The position numbers were made by a program, and so were the translations under genes. This document shows, piece by piece, positions 29,061-38,522 of a DNA stretch of 47,813 nucleotides. Source of the stretch: Archangium sp. GTDB taxonomy: Bacteria; Myxococcota; Myxococcia; Myxococcales; Myxococcaceae. Where the stretch lies: NCBI GenBank assembly GCA_031367385.1, contig JANLPS010000066.1:1-47813 (forward strand), read 5' to 3'. A model generated the notes under the pieces. That model did no database searches. It saw nothing but the letters and a program-made list of their open reading frames with translations, and was not told the origin of the DNA. The first letter of the stretch is position 1; every line of letters starts with the position of its first letter.

Positions 29061-30949
29061 CCTCTGACGACGCCTTGATGCAGGCCCTCGACTCGCTCGA
29101 GGCCGCGTTTCCTTCTCCTGCCGGGGAGTGGCCCCGGGTCGTCGAGTTCTTGCGCGGCTGGCTCGAAGAGCGCGAAGACCAGGTGCCCGCAGACGAGCGC
29201 GACGAGCTGCGTGACAACGTGTTTCTCGGCGCCAAGACCTACGTGAGCGGCTTCGAGCAGCTCGAGGTCGGGCAGACCTTTCTGGGCCGGTATCTGATCA
29301 GCGCAGTGCTCGCCGAGGCCGGGCACGAGGCGCGCATCTTCACTGCCAGTGACCGCGTGCTCGGTGGGCGCACCGTGGTGCTCAAGAGAATCGTGATCGA
29401 CCCTCCGCCGTGGGTCTCGCATGCCGCCTCCGCGCTTCAAGACCAGACCAGGTTGACCGAGGACAAGGCCCAGGCCTCCGTGCAACACCTCTCGTTCGTG
29501 CCTATTCATGACTCCCATCGAACCGCCGAGGGCGCCGTGCTCTCGATGCAATTCGTGCACGCCGAGGCGAACCCCGAGCGCGCCGCCAAGACCGGGCTCG
29601 AAGTGCAGCTGACGCCCCGGCAAGCGGTGCAGGCCTGCGCTGAGCTCGTGCACATTTTGCAGGTCGCCCATGCCCGCGACGTCACCCACGGAGACGTGTC
29701 ACCCGCGAACGTCGCGATTCTGAACGCCGATGAGAACGGCCGGGTGCCAGTGCTCGCCAGGCCCAAGCTCAACCTGCTCGACTTTGGCTTCGGCAACCTG
29801 GCGCACGCGACGCGCGCGACCAGCTCAGGGTCGAAGAGCCAATCGCAGAGCGTGATGAGCGGTGACGCGCTGGCCAGGCAGATTCGCGGAGGCACGCCCG
29901 GGTTCATGGCCCCCCAGCGGGCCGTCTACACCCCGGTACCCGATGACGGTCGCGCGTTGGTGTTCACCGCTGAGCAGTTGGCAGAGCGCAAGCAAGGCGA
30001 CCTGTTCGAGGCCGCCGCGACGCTGCACTACTGGGTGACCGGGCAGACGGTGTGGCCCAAGGCGTGGGCGTTCGACACCATCTTCGAACACCGCGCGCAG
30101 CCGACGAACGCGATTCGCCAGCGGCGGTTGCGGCAGCTCGTCGGGTGGGCCCTGCATGGCCACTATGCGACCGCCGAGGCCTTCGGGGCCGACCTGTGGG
30201 CTTGGGCTGAAGACGAAGCCACCAGCCGAGACGGGTTTTGGACGAGCCGCGCCATCGGCGTGTGGAAGTACCGTGGGTTCATCAGCACCGGCGTGATGGT
30301 GGTGATGCTCACCCTGGCCCTGGTGTCATCGCGGCGCGCCAATGTGTTCGAGGCCCGCGCCACGGCGTCAGAAGCGCAGCTTGCCGCCGCTGAGAAGGGG
30401 TACGAGCAGCTCGAAGAGCGGTTCTCGGTTGCCGAGACCCAGAGTGCCACGCAGTACGCAGAGGCGATGAAGCGCGCTGAGGCCGCGAAGGCCCGGGGCG
30501 ACGCCAACGCCGCCGCGCTCGAGCAACGAATCGAGGAGATCATCGAACGCAACGTCGAAGCCTCGCGCGAAGACCGGGCGAAGTTCGATCAAGAGCAAGC
30601 GACGCTGACCGCTTCTTTGAGCACGTCAGAGGATGCCCGAAAGGGGCTCGAGCGCAGGGTGGCCGAGCAGACAGTGGCGATTGCGCACCTCAAATCTGAT
30701 TTCGAGTCGTTCAAGAAGAGCACCGGCGACGCACTCGATGCGGGTGAGAAGGAGCGAAAGGGCCTCTCCGCGCAGTTGGCGGCGAAGGCCCACGCACTCG
30801 AGAAGCTCGAGCAAGACAAGCGCGACGCGGCTGCTGCGGCGGCTCAAATCAAGGCCGCTGAGAAGAAGCGCGTGCGGGTCGTGCCCGATGCCGGTGACGA
30901 TGATGAAGACGATGCGGGGGTTGACGACGACAAAGACGCGGGCCCCTGA
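29057..30949 (+). CDS. Membrane-anchored Hanks-type Ser/Thr protein kinase (atypical motifs) with C-terminal coiled coil
   Basis: GTGA overlap with the sigma gene; RY.I...L, VVLK, HGDVSPANV, LLDFG, GTPGFMAP, GDLF; one TM (FISTGVMVVMLTLALV); long E/K/A heptad tail. Confidence 0.85.
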   Translation: MTSDDALMQALDSLEAAFPSPAGEWPRVVEFLRGWLEEREDQVPADERDELRDNVFLGAKTYVSGFEQLEVGQTFLGRYLISAVLAEAGHEARIFTASDRVLGGRTVVLKRIVIDPPPWVSHAASALQDQTRLTEDKAQASVQHLSFVPIHDSHRTAEGAVLSMQFVHAEANPERAAKTGLEVQLTPRQAVQACAELVHILQVAHARDVTHGDVSPANVAILNADENGRVPVLARPKLNLLDFGFGNLAHATRATSSGSKSQSQSVMSGDALARQIRGGTPGFMAPQRAVYTPVPDDGRALVFTAEQLAERKQGDLFEAAATLHYWVTGQTVWPKAWAFDTIFEHRAQPTNAIRQRRLRQLVGWALHGHYATAEAFGADLWAWAEDEATSRDGFWTSRAIGVWKYRGFISTGVMVVMLTLALVSSRRANVFEARATASEAQLAAAEKGYEQLEERFSVAETQSATQYAEAMKRAEAAKARGDANAAALEQRIEEIIERNVEASREDRAKFDQEQATLTASLSTSEDARKGLERRVAEQTVAIAHLKSDFESFKKSTGDALDAGEKERKGLSAQLAAKAHALEKLEQDKRDAAAAAAQIKAAEKKRVRVVPDAGDDDEDDAGVDDDKDAGP

Positions 30950-30963
30950 GGCAGACGGTTTTG

Positions 30964-31494
30964 TCAGGTGAACAGCAGCATCGCGACGCGGAGGAGGTCG
31001 ATTTGACCGCTCACGACCACGGCGCGCTCACGTGAGGGGCCCAGGCCGAGACGACCGTCGACCCCGACGCCAAGCCCGTATGACCAAGCCACTGCCAGGC
31101 CCGCGCTCACGCCCGGCTCCCATTCGAGCGCGCGGCGGCCGTAGAACGCCGGAGTGACGACGAGAGAGAAGAGGTTGGCAGCGAAGGGCACCACCAGAAT
31201 TGGCCCGACCCCTAAGCGCAGGTCTTGCCCGAGGGTGGCTCCCAGCGCAGTGAACCCACCGACCAGCACCGCACCGACCCGAAACTCGACGTCAGCGCGC
31301 ACGTTGAGGTCGAACCGAGTCGGTGAATCGCCTGTCGCGGCCCGTTGGTACACGACTCCGCCGAGGGCCACGTTCAGGCCGCCGCCCCATCGCGGTGGCC
31401 CGGCCTTTCGTGCGCCTTCGCCTCGCGGAGCAGGGTCATCGAAGATCGACGCCTGACTGAGCAGCATCGAGGTGATGACGAGCGCGAGAACCAT
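30964..31494 (-). CDS. Hypothetical exported beta-strand-rich protein (small outer-membrane barrel-like)
   Basis: Signal peptide; alternating hydrophobic strands (WGGGLNVALG, GVSAGLAVAW, GLGVGVDGRL, VVSGQIDL). Confidence 0.6.
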   Translation of the reverse strand: MVLALVITSMLLSQASIFDDPAPRGEGARKAGPPRWGGGLNVALGGVVYQRAATGDSPTRFDLNVRADVEFRVGAVLVGGFTALGATLGQDLRLGVGPILVVPFAANLFSLVVTPAFYGRRALEWEPGVSAGLAVAWSYGLGVGVDGRLGLGPSRERAVVVSGQIDLLRVAMLLFT

Positions 31495-31513
31495 TCGCGC
31501 CTCTTACGACTCA

Positions 31514-31855
31514 TCAATCGGGGCGGCCACCATTCGCCGTCGGTATGGCGGCGACCTCAGCGTCGATGGGGTTGCTGCCGTCGACACCGTCGGCCATCTC
31601 GACCGCTGCGGTGGTGATGACGAACGGGCCGCCGCGCTCTTCTTCGGTCTCCTCGTCGCGCCAATCCGCCACACCTTGGTTGCCTGAGGTCACGTCGCGT
31701 ACAAACTCGGCCCCCAATTGCTGGGCGAAGGAGTCGTTTTTCGAGAAATCGAGCTCGGCAGGCACCTCGAGGGCCTCCCGGGCTGCGCTCACCCGCATCG
31801 TGCGCTTCTTCTTCACGGCCTTTGCGGGCTTTTTGGTCGGTTTCGCTGTCGGCAT
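31514..31855 (-). CDS. Small hypothetical protein
   Basis: AAAGGAG RBS; Lys-rich N-terminus and acidic C-terminal part (EEERGGPFV). Confidence 0.7.
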   Translation of the reverse strand: MPTAKPTKKPAKAVKKKRTMRVSAAREALEVPAELDFSKNDSFAQQLGAEFVRDVTSGNQGVADWRDEETEEERGGPFVITTAAVEMADGVDGSNPIDAEVAAIPTANGGRPD

Positions 31856-32007
31856 GTCATTCTCCTTTCACGGCGAGTTTGCATTCGTCGTGCCCCCCGG
31901 CTGAAAACGACGCATGACGCACCATGTCTACGGTTTTTGAGCGACGCCGATCTTCGCGCTCACTAGAAGCGCCCCGCGCAGTGCGTTCATCTGCCGGGGG
32001 TCTCACT

Positions 32008-35000
32008 ATGAATCGATTGCTGTTGAGTGCCGCATTAGCGGCCGTGGTTGGCAGTTCGTGCAAACCGGTTATCGAGCACACCGACCCGGGCACATTTATC
32101 GTCGCGCGGTTCGACCCGTCGGCCGTGCCGCCGGTGTTGCCGACGCCCAATGACCTGGCCACCAACCCGGCCACGGGCTTGCTCGCAGTGCCGATCTCCG
32201 CGACCGCGAACGGCGCTGACAAAGCCTTTTACCAGTGGCTCAACACGCTCGACGGTTTCCCCGCGGCGGCGACGGCGACGGCGACCTTCAGCGGCACGCT
32301 CAACGGCACCACCGTCACGGGCTCGACGATCAAGGTGCTCGACCTGAGCGCGATGAACACCGCGGTGACCACGTCGGTCGCGTACGCTGACAGCGCGAAC
32401 GTCGATGCCCCCGGCGTGCTCAGCGTCAGCCCGCCCACCGGCGGCTGGTTGCCTGGGCACCGCTACGCGGTCGCGGTCATCGGCGGCGCGAACGGCGTCA
32501 AAGGCAAAGACGGCACCACCGTCATCGGCAGCGCGACCTGGGCCTTCATTCGCAATGAAAAATCGCTCGTCACCTGCGCTGACTTGAAGACCGATTGCCG
32601 CCCCACCACCGAGATCATTCCTTCGACGATCAAAGACAACGCGGCGGCGCGCTTGGCCGCACAGACCGCCAGCGCCCTGCAGCTCGAGCAGCTGCGGCTC
32701 AAGTACAAGCCCGCCATCGACACGCTGGTGGCCGGCGGCACCCCCCGCACCGACATCGCCTTGCTCTGGGAGTTCAAGATCAACGACGCCCCCGCCGTGC
32801 TCTTCGACCCTGCGAACAAGCGGCTGCCCTCGCCCAATGACCTCGCGATCTCGAACGGCGTCGTGATGGCCCCCATCGACACCACCACTTCGCCCGCGAA
32901 CCAAGAGTTCACCCGCGACTACATCAACACCCTGAACGGCTTTCCCGCTTCGGCCAGCGCTTCGGCCAGCATCGTCGGAGAGGTGCTCAACCCGGCCACC
33001 GTCAACGCGAGCACGGTCAAGATCATCGTCGTGAAGGGTGAGCCGCTCTCGGCGCCTCCGACCATTGGCTACAACGCGACCACCAACCAGATCACCCTGA
33101 CCCCCGCGGGCGGCAGCTGGGGCACCAAGCGCACCATCGCGATCGCCATCGTCGGCGGCACCAGCGGCGCCAAGTCGGCCACCGGCAAGTCAGTCGTCGG
33201 CACCGATGCCTGGGCCCTGGTGCGTAGCCCCTCGACCCTGGTCGACTGCGTGACGCTCGGCACGACCTGCAAGTCGGTGGTCACCGCGGCTCCGATTTCT
33301 GACGTGCAGGCGATTGGCCTCGAAGGCCTGCGCCGTGGCTACGCGCCGATTCTCGACCTGCTCGAGGCCGACGAGGGCGTGACCCGGCAGAACGTCGCGG
33401 CCCTCTGGGTCTTCTCGACCGTCGACCAACCCGAGTTCATCTTCGACCCGGTCTCGGTGCCCCCGCGCATCCCCGTGCCGACCAACTTGGCGCTCAACAG
33501 CATGGGCAAGGTCACAGCTCCAGTGCCTGCCGGTGCGAGCCCGGCCTATGCCGAGTTCATCACCGAGTACTTGAACACGCTCAACGGCTTCCCCGTGGCG
33601 TCGACGGCGACGGCTGCGGTCTCGGGTGACATCGACCCGGCCACGGTCAACTCGAACACGGTACGGGTGGTGGCGGTGCAGGGTGGGGCCTTGGCCACAC
33701 CTCCGACCATCACGTGGGACGCGACGGGCAAACAGGTCGTCGTTTCGCCCCCCGGCGGCAGCTGGGGCAAGAGCAAGGTCATCGCCATCGCGGTCTTGGG
33801 TGGCAGCGGCGGCGTCAAAGACCTGCGCGGCAAGTCGGTCATCGCCTCGCAGGTCTGGGCCTTCGCCCGCCTCGAGAACACCTTGGTCGACTGCGTGACC
33901 CTGGGGCCCACCTGCAAGTCGGTGGTCGCCGCCAGCGACGCGCAAGCGATTGGCCTCGAAGGCCTGCGCCGTGGCTTCAAGCCGATCGTCGACGCGTTCG
34001 TCGCGCAGGGCATCACCCGCAAAGACCTGGCCGGCTTGTGGTTCTTCTCGACCGTCAATCAGCCCGAGCTGACCTTCGACTTGGCCGGCGCGACGCCGAT
34101 CATCCCCTTTCCCGCGAACCAGTTCTTGCGCGCGTTCAACCCGCTCGGTGCCCAGACCCGCGCTGACGGCGGCGTGGTCGGAGACGACATCGACCCCACC
34201 CAGACCCTCACCTTTCCCTCGTCGCTCGGGGCGCTCGCCGCGGGCCTCAACACCCTCAACGGCTTCTCGCTGACCGCGCCGATGGTGTCTGAAAACTCAG
34301 ACACCCGCACCGCGCTCGACGTCGGGTCGATTGATCAGACCACGCTCGCCACGAGCACCGGCTTCGCGAAGATCGCCGGCGCCGGGCCGCTGACTCCGAA
34401 CGTGAAGACCTGTATCAACTGCGCATCGAACGACGCCGGAGTGCCCGAGCAGCTGCAGTGGGTGCCCCAGGCGCCGCTTGAAGAGGTCACTCGCTACGGC
34501 GCGTGGGTCTCGAGCGACATGAAAGACACCATGGGCCGCAACGTCATCGCCTCGCCGACCTTCGCGTTGGTTCGCTCGCGTTACCCGCTGGTCGATGCCA
34601 ACTCGGTGTCGACGGTGCCGGTGGTGAGCACCGCGCAGGCCTTGCAGCTCGAGGTCGTGCGGCAGCGCTTCAAAGACTGTCTTGATCAGGTCGAGGCCAA
34701 GGGCACTCCGCGCTCGAAGATCGCACTGGGCTTCTGCGTGACCACCCAGTCGACGGTGAGCACGCTCAAGGCCCTCACCGCCGGCATCAACGCCAGCACC
34801 GCCCTGCCGACCGTGGCCACGATGTGGGTCGATACCACCGCGAGCTTGCGGCCGGCCCTCAACGCCGCGTCGATACCGAACGCCGCTGTTGGCGCCTACA
34901 TCGAAGGCGACATCGTGTTGCCCTTCGCCTTGACGGGCCCGGGCGGCACGCTCAACCCGAACCCGGCCTTGTGGCAGGGTCGCAAGTCGCGCTTCGTGCT

Positions 35001-36240
35001 CACCGTGCCGGCGTTGATCGGCAACCCCGGAGACCCGCAGCCTGCGTACCCGGTCGTCATCTTCGGGCACGGCCTGGGCCGCAGCCGCCGTGACGACTTG
35101 ATTCTCGCCAACACCTTTGCCTCGGCGGGCATGGCCAGCATCGCCGTCGACGTCGTTTACCATGGCGATCGCTCGACCTGCACCGGCGCCGGCGCCGCGG
35201 CCGGGTTCCCCGGGCATGACGAAGCTGCCTGTGCCGACCCGACCACGATGCGCTGCGAGACCACGGGCGCCCAGACGGGCCGCTGCGTGGGCAACGTCGC
35301 CGGAGCCACCTGCGACGCGACTCCGTTCGCCGGCGGTGACGAATTTTGTTACGCCGCCGGAGCCGGTCGCTGCATCGGCACCGGGCCTGGCGGAGCCTGT
35401 GAAGGCGGGTACTTCAAGACCGACGCGCCTTCGCCGATTCAGCACGTGGCGGCGAGCGGCAACAATTTCTTGAACCTGGCCAACCTGTTCGCGACCCGAG
35501 ACAACTTCCGCCACGCGGGAGCCCTCGACTTCGCGCAGTTGGTGAAGGTCATCGGCGCGACCACGCCGGGCGTGAGCATCAACTCGCGCTTGACCATCGC
35601 CGGCCTGCCGACGCTCGACGCGACCAAGATTCGCTACGCGGGCCAGAGCCTCGGCACCTTCAGCGGCAACACCTTCGCCGCGGCCAACCCCACGGTTGAT
35701 CGCTTCGTGCTCAACGTCGCTGGCGCCGATCAGATCGACGTGCTGTTGCATGCTCCGGGCTTCGCGGCCCAGCGCGCCGGGTTCTTGGCGGCCTTGGCGG
35801 CGCAAGGCATCAACCCTGGCACGCCGGGCTTCGACCAGTTCTTGACCATCGCCTCGACGATCATGGACCCGGCAGACCCGCAGAACATGATCTACAGCGG
35901 CGTGAACTCGTCGAACGCGAACCGCAAGATCTTCGTGCAGTACATCGAAGGCGACGCGGTGTTGCCGAACTCGGGTACCCACAAGCTGCTCGTCGCGGCC
36001 ACCCAGAACCCGAGCCGTCAGCCGAGCTGGTTCGAGTTCGTTCAGGGCTCGACGGCGGCGCCGGGGGTGTTCACCGACATCGCCTTCAGCGAGCGGCACG
36101 GGTTCTTGCTCAGACCGCCTCCCAGTAACCCTGCGTGCAACCCGGTCACGGCGAGCTGCGTGACCGTCACCGCTCAAACCCAGGTCGCCCAATTCTTGGC
36201 GGCTGGCATCGTTCCCACCAACACTCCGGTGAACCCGTAA
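32008..36240 (+). CDS. Surface lipoprotein lipase (VolA/Pla-1-like) with four tandem N-terminal domains
   Basis: ATG 32008, lipobox VGSSC; four P.PN...LNTL[DN]GF repeats; alpha/beta hydrolase with FGHGLG (35062), nucleophile GQSLG (35641), GDAVLPN and HGFLL. Confidence 0.82.
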   Translation: MNRLLLSAALAAVVGSSCKPVIEHTDPGTFIVARFDPSAVPPVLPTPNDLATNPATGLLAVPISATANGADKAFYQWLNTLDGFPAAATATATFSGTLNGTTVTGSTIKVLDLSAMNTAVTTSVAYADSANVDAPGVLSVSPPTGGWLPGHRYAVAVIGGANGVKGKDGTTVIGSATWAFIRNEKSLVTCADLKTDCRPTTEIIPSTIKDNAAARLAAQTASALQLEQLRLKYKPAIDTLVAGGTPRTDIALLWEFKINDAPAVLFDPANKRLPSPNDLAISNGVVMAPIDTTTSPANQEFTRDYINTLNGFPASASASASIVGEVLNPATVNASTVKIIVVKGEPLSAPPTIGYNATTNQITLTPAGGSWGTKRTIAIAIVGGTSGAKSATGKSVVGTDAWALVRSPSTLVDCVTLGTTCKSVVTAAPISDVQAIGLEGLRRGYAPILDLLEADEGVTRQNVAALWVFSTVDQPEFIFDPVSVPPRIPVPTNLALNSMGKVTAPVPAGASPAYAEFITEYLNTLNGFPVASTATAAVSGDIDPATVNSNTVRVVAVQGGALATPPTITWDATGKQVVVSPPGGSWGKSKVIAIAVLGGSGGVKDLRGKSVIASQVWAFARLENTLVDCVTLGPTCKSVVAASDAQAIGLEGLRRGFKPIVDAFVAQGITRKDLAGLWFFSTVNQPELTFDLAGATPIIPFPANQFLRAFNPLGAQTRADGGVVGDDIDPTQTLTFPSSLGALAAGLNTLNGFSLTAPMVSENSDTRTALDVGSIDQTTLATSTGFAKIAGAGPLTPNVKTCINCASNDAGVPEQLQWVPQAPLEEVTRYGAWVSSDMKDTMGRNVIASPTFALVRSRYPLVDANSVSTVPVVSTAQALQLEVVRQRFKDCLDQVEAKGTPRSKIALGFCVTTQSTVSTLKALTAGINASTALPTVATMWVDTTASLRPALNAASIPNAAVGAYIEGDIVLPFALTGPGGTLNPNPALWQGRKSRFVLTVPALIGNPGDPQPAYPVVIFGHGLGRSRRDDLILANTFASAGMASIAVDVVYHGDRSTCTGAGAAAGFPGHDEAACADPTTMRCETTGAQTGRCVGNVAGATCDATPFAGGDEFCYAAGAGRCIGTGPGGACEGGYFKTDAPSPIQHVAASGNNFLNLANLFATRDNFRHAGALDFAQLVKVIGATTPGVSINSRLTIAGLPTLDATKIRYAGQSLGTFSGNTFAAANPTVDRFVLNVAGADQIDVLLHAPGFAAQRAGFLAALAAQGINPGTPGFDQFLTIASTIMDPADPQNMIYSGVNSSNANRKIFVQYIEGDAVLPNSGTHKLLVAATQNPSRQPSWFEFVQGSTAAPGVFTDIAFSERHGFLLRPPPSNPACNPVTASCVTVTAQTQVAQFLAAGIVPTNTPVNP

Positions 36241-37454
36241 TGAGAACCTCATTCATGATTCGAAGCGTGGTGGTGGGGTGCCTGGTGCTGTTCTCGACGG
36301 CCGCGCAGGCGAGTGGGTTTCGCTTGAACGGTCATTCGGCGCGGGCCGAGGGCATGGGCATCGCGGTGACGGCGCTCACCGACGACGCGACCTCGATTTA
36401 TTACAACCCGGCCGGCATCTCGGGCCACAAGGGCTTCGAGGTCTCGGCGGGCATCAATCTCATCTTCCCCAGCGTGAGCTTCAAGTCTGACAACACCGGC
36501 GCGAGCACGACCGCGAAGTCGGCGGTCTCGACTCCGTTCAACTTCTACGCGACGTTCGGCATCACCGATGACCTCACCATCGGGCTCGGGGTCTTCACGC
36601 CATACGGCGCTGGCAACACCTGGCCCGCAGGCTGGGAGGGCGGAGGCCGGGCGCTCAGCTCGAGCGTACAGACCTTCGATTTCAACCCGGTCATCTCGTG
36701 GCGGGTGCACCCGCGCTTCAAGATCGCGGCGGGCCTGCAGTTCGTGCGCGGCACGGTGCTGATCGGTCGCGAGCTGAATTTCGTCGACTCGAGCGGCACG
36801 GTCACCCTGGGCGGAGACGCCTTCGGCCTCGGGTGGAACGCAGGGTTTCAGCTCGAGCTGGTCGAGAAGTACCTCTGGCTCGGAGCGACCTGGCGCAGCT
36901 CGGTGGCGTTGGGCTTCAGCGGCAGCGCGCACTTCGCCAACATCCCCTCCGAGTTTCAGGGGCTGCTGGCCGACCAGAACATTCACTCCGACATTCGGCT
37001 GCCCGACGTGATGACGGTGGGCTTCGGGTACCGGGCGACCAGCTCGCTGCGCTTCGGCGCCGACCTGAACATCGTCACCTGGGGCACCTTCAACGACTTG
37101 ACCATCGCCTTCACCAACTCGGCCTTGACCAACCCGTTGCCCAAGAAGTGGGGAGACACCGTCTCGTACCACCTGGGTGGAGAGCTCGACGTGGTGCCGG
37201 CGTTTCAGGTGCGGCTGGGCTTGATCTACGACCCCACGGGCACTCCGACGACCACGCTGACCCCAGATCTGCCTGATTTCAATCGGTTTTCAGTATGCGT
37301 GGGCGCCGGGTGGAAGAGCGACTTCGGCCTTCGGGTCGACCTGGCGTATCAGTTCATCGCGCTGTTCGACCAACGCAGCAACGCGCCCGGGTTCTCGGGC
37401 ACGTACTCCGGCACGGCGAACGTGATTGGGCTCAACGTCGGCTACAAGATGTGA
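36240..37454 (+). CDS. fadL: OmpP1/FadL long-chain fatty acid outer-membrane transporter
   Basis: TAATG coupling to the lipase; mature N-terminus ASGFRL...SA...GMG; DDATSIYYNPAG; TPDLPD; beta-barrel C-terminus GLNVGYKM. Confidence 0.92.
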   Translation: MRTSFMIRSVVVGCLVLFSTAAQASGFRLNGHSARAEGMGIAVTALTDDATSIYYNPAGISGHKGFEVSAGINLIFPSVSFKSDNTGASTTAKSAVSTPFNFYATFGITDDLTIGLGVFTPYGAGNTWPAGWEGGGRALSSSVQTFDFNPVISWRVHPRFKIAAGLQFVRGTVLIGRELNFVDSSGTVTLGGDAFGLGWNAGFQLELVEKYLWLGATWRSSVALGFSGSAHFANIPSEFQGLLADQNIHSDIRLPDVMTVGFGYRATSSLRFGADLNIVTWGTFNDLTIAFTNSALTNPLPKKWGDTVSYHLGGELDVVPAFQVRLGLIYDPTGTPTTTLTPDLPDFNRFSVCVGAGWKSDFGLRVDLAYQFIALFDQRSNAPGFSGTYSGTANVIGLNVGYKM

Positions 37455-37461
37455 AAATTGC

Positions 37462-37491
37462 TGGCCCCGACGCGGTGCTTGCGGGGGGCCA
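37462..37491 (+). terminator. Possible terminator hairpin after fadL
   Basis: tggcccc...ggggcca stem just after the stop codon; the U-tract is weak. Confidence 0.3.
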
Positions 37492-37551
37492 CTTGTCAGC
37501 GGCTGGCGAAAAGAGATAGCTGGCCCTCGAGTTCACCCTAGGGGGTTTCGC

Positions 37552-38022
37552 ATGAGCGAGTTCGCAACTGGCAGCAGTGCACGGCGGGTTTCTTTCAAAC
37601 GGCGCTTTGACAAGACGGTCAAGGCGAAGCCGCAGTCACCCTCGTTCGGGGTTCACAGCGGCCTGATTCGCAACCCGAACTGGCCCCCTGGGCCGGGCGT
37701 GCAGATGCCCACCGACCGTCGCTTGGCGAAGCGGGTTCGCTACTCGTTCGACCTGCTCTACGCGGGCCGGGCGATCACCGTCTCGGGCGATGTCTCGGCG
37801 ACCGGCGCGATGTTCGTGCTCGACCGCTTGATGCCGGTCAACCACGTGCAGCTGTCGGTGCGCGTGCCCGATGAGCGCGAGCCGCGCAAGGTCGAGGCCG
37901 ATGTGATTCGCACCAGCTACAAGGGGCAATACATCGCGCACCACGTGCGGTTTTCGGAGCCGTCGCAGTTCTCCGAGGCGATGCAGCACATCGTCGCGAG
38001 CGGCGCCGTCGCGGTGCCCTAA
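37552..38022 (+). CDS. PilZ-domain protein
   Basis: c-di-GMP-binding signatures RRLAKR (RxxxR) and DVSATG (DxSxxG). Start ATG 37552, or the later ATG of MPTDRR. Confidence 0.8.
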   Translation: MSEFATGSSARRVSFKRRFDKTVKAKPQSPSFGVHSGLIRNPNWPPGPGVQMPTDRRLAKRVRYSFDLLYAGRAITVSGDVSATGAMFVLDRLMPVNHVQLSVRVPDEREPRKVEADVIRTSYKGQYIAHHVRFSEPSQFSEAMQHIVASGAVAVP

Positions 38023-38033
38023 AAGGCTCGCGA

Positions 38034-38510
38034 CTACCTCGCACTGAGCATCGCTTCGGCGTCGGCGATGCCCTTCATCACGTGGGGGTCGCCTGGCATG
38101 TAGATCTCAGCGCGCTTGAAGTAGGCGAGCGCGAACTTGGGCTCGCTCATCTTCAGGTACAGCCAGCCCAGATTGAGCAACGTGTCGGTGGGTTCTTCTT
38201 TGTAGGTCATCCTCGTGATCTGAGTGGCGTCTTCGGGCATCTTCTTGGGCCACGCCGCCAGCGCCTGGTGAAAACAGTAGATGGCTTGAAGTTGGGCGTC
38301 TTTGCCCTCTTGTTTGGCCAGGCCGATGCCCTTCATGTGCCAGCCCAGCCAGGGCTTCGCGTACTCGGCAGACCAGGTATGGCCCTCGAGGTCGGCGGCG
38401 GTGAGCTCGACGACTTGGCCGGCGGGCTCGCCCTTTGCTATCGGCCGCGGCCCCTTGTTGCACGCGAACATCGAGAGACAGACCGCGACGGTCAAGACGA
38501 GGGTCTTCAT
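38034..38510 (-). CDS. TPR-containing lipoprotein
   Basis: Lipobox MFAC, GGAG RBS; TPR TLLNLGWLYLKM...ALAYFKRA...P. Confidence 0.8.
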   Translation of the reverse strand: MKTLVLTVAVCLSMFACNKGPRPIAKGEPAGQVVELTAADLEGHTWSAEYAKPWLGWHMKGIGLAKQEGKDAQLQAIYCFHQALAAWPKKMPEDATQITRMTYKEEPTDTLLNLGWLYLKMSEPKFALAYFKRAEIYMPGDPHVMKGIADAEAMLSAR

Positions 38511-38522
38511 CAGTGCTCCTGT

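Noticed and set aside
34297..36252. 651-aa antisense ORF and similar long overlapping ORFs (e.g. 1363..2640, 10008..11327, 12302..13522)
   Set aside because: Shadow frames of high-GC coding genes, Arg/Gly/Ala-rich with no motifs.
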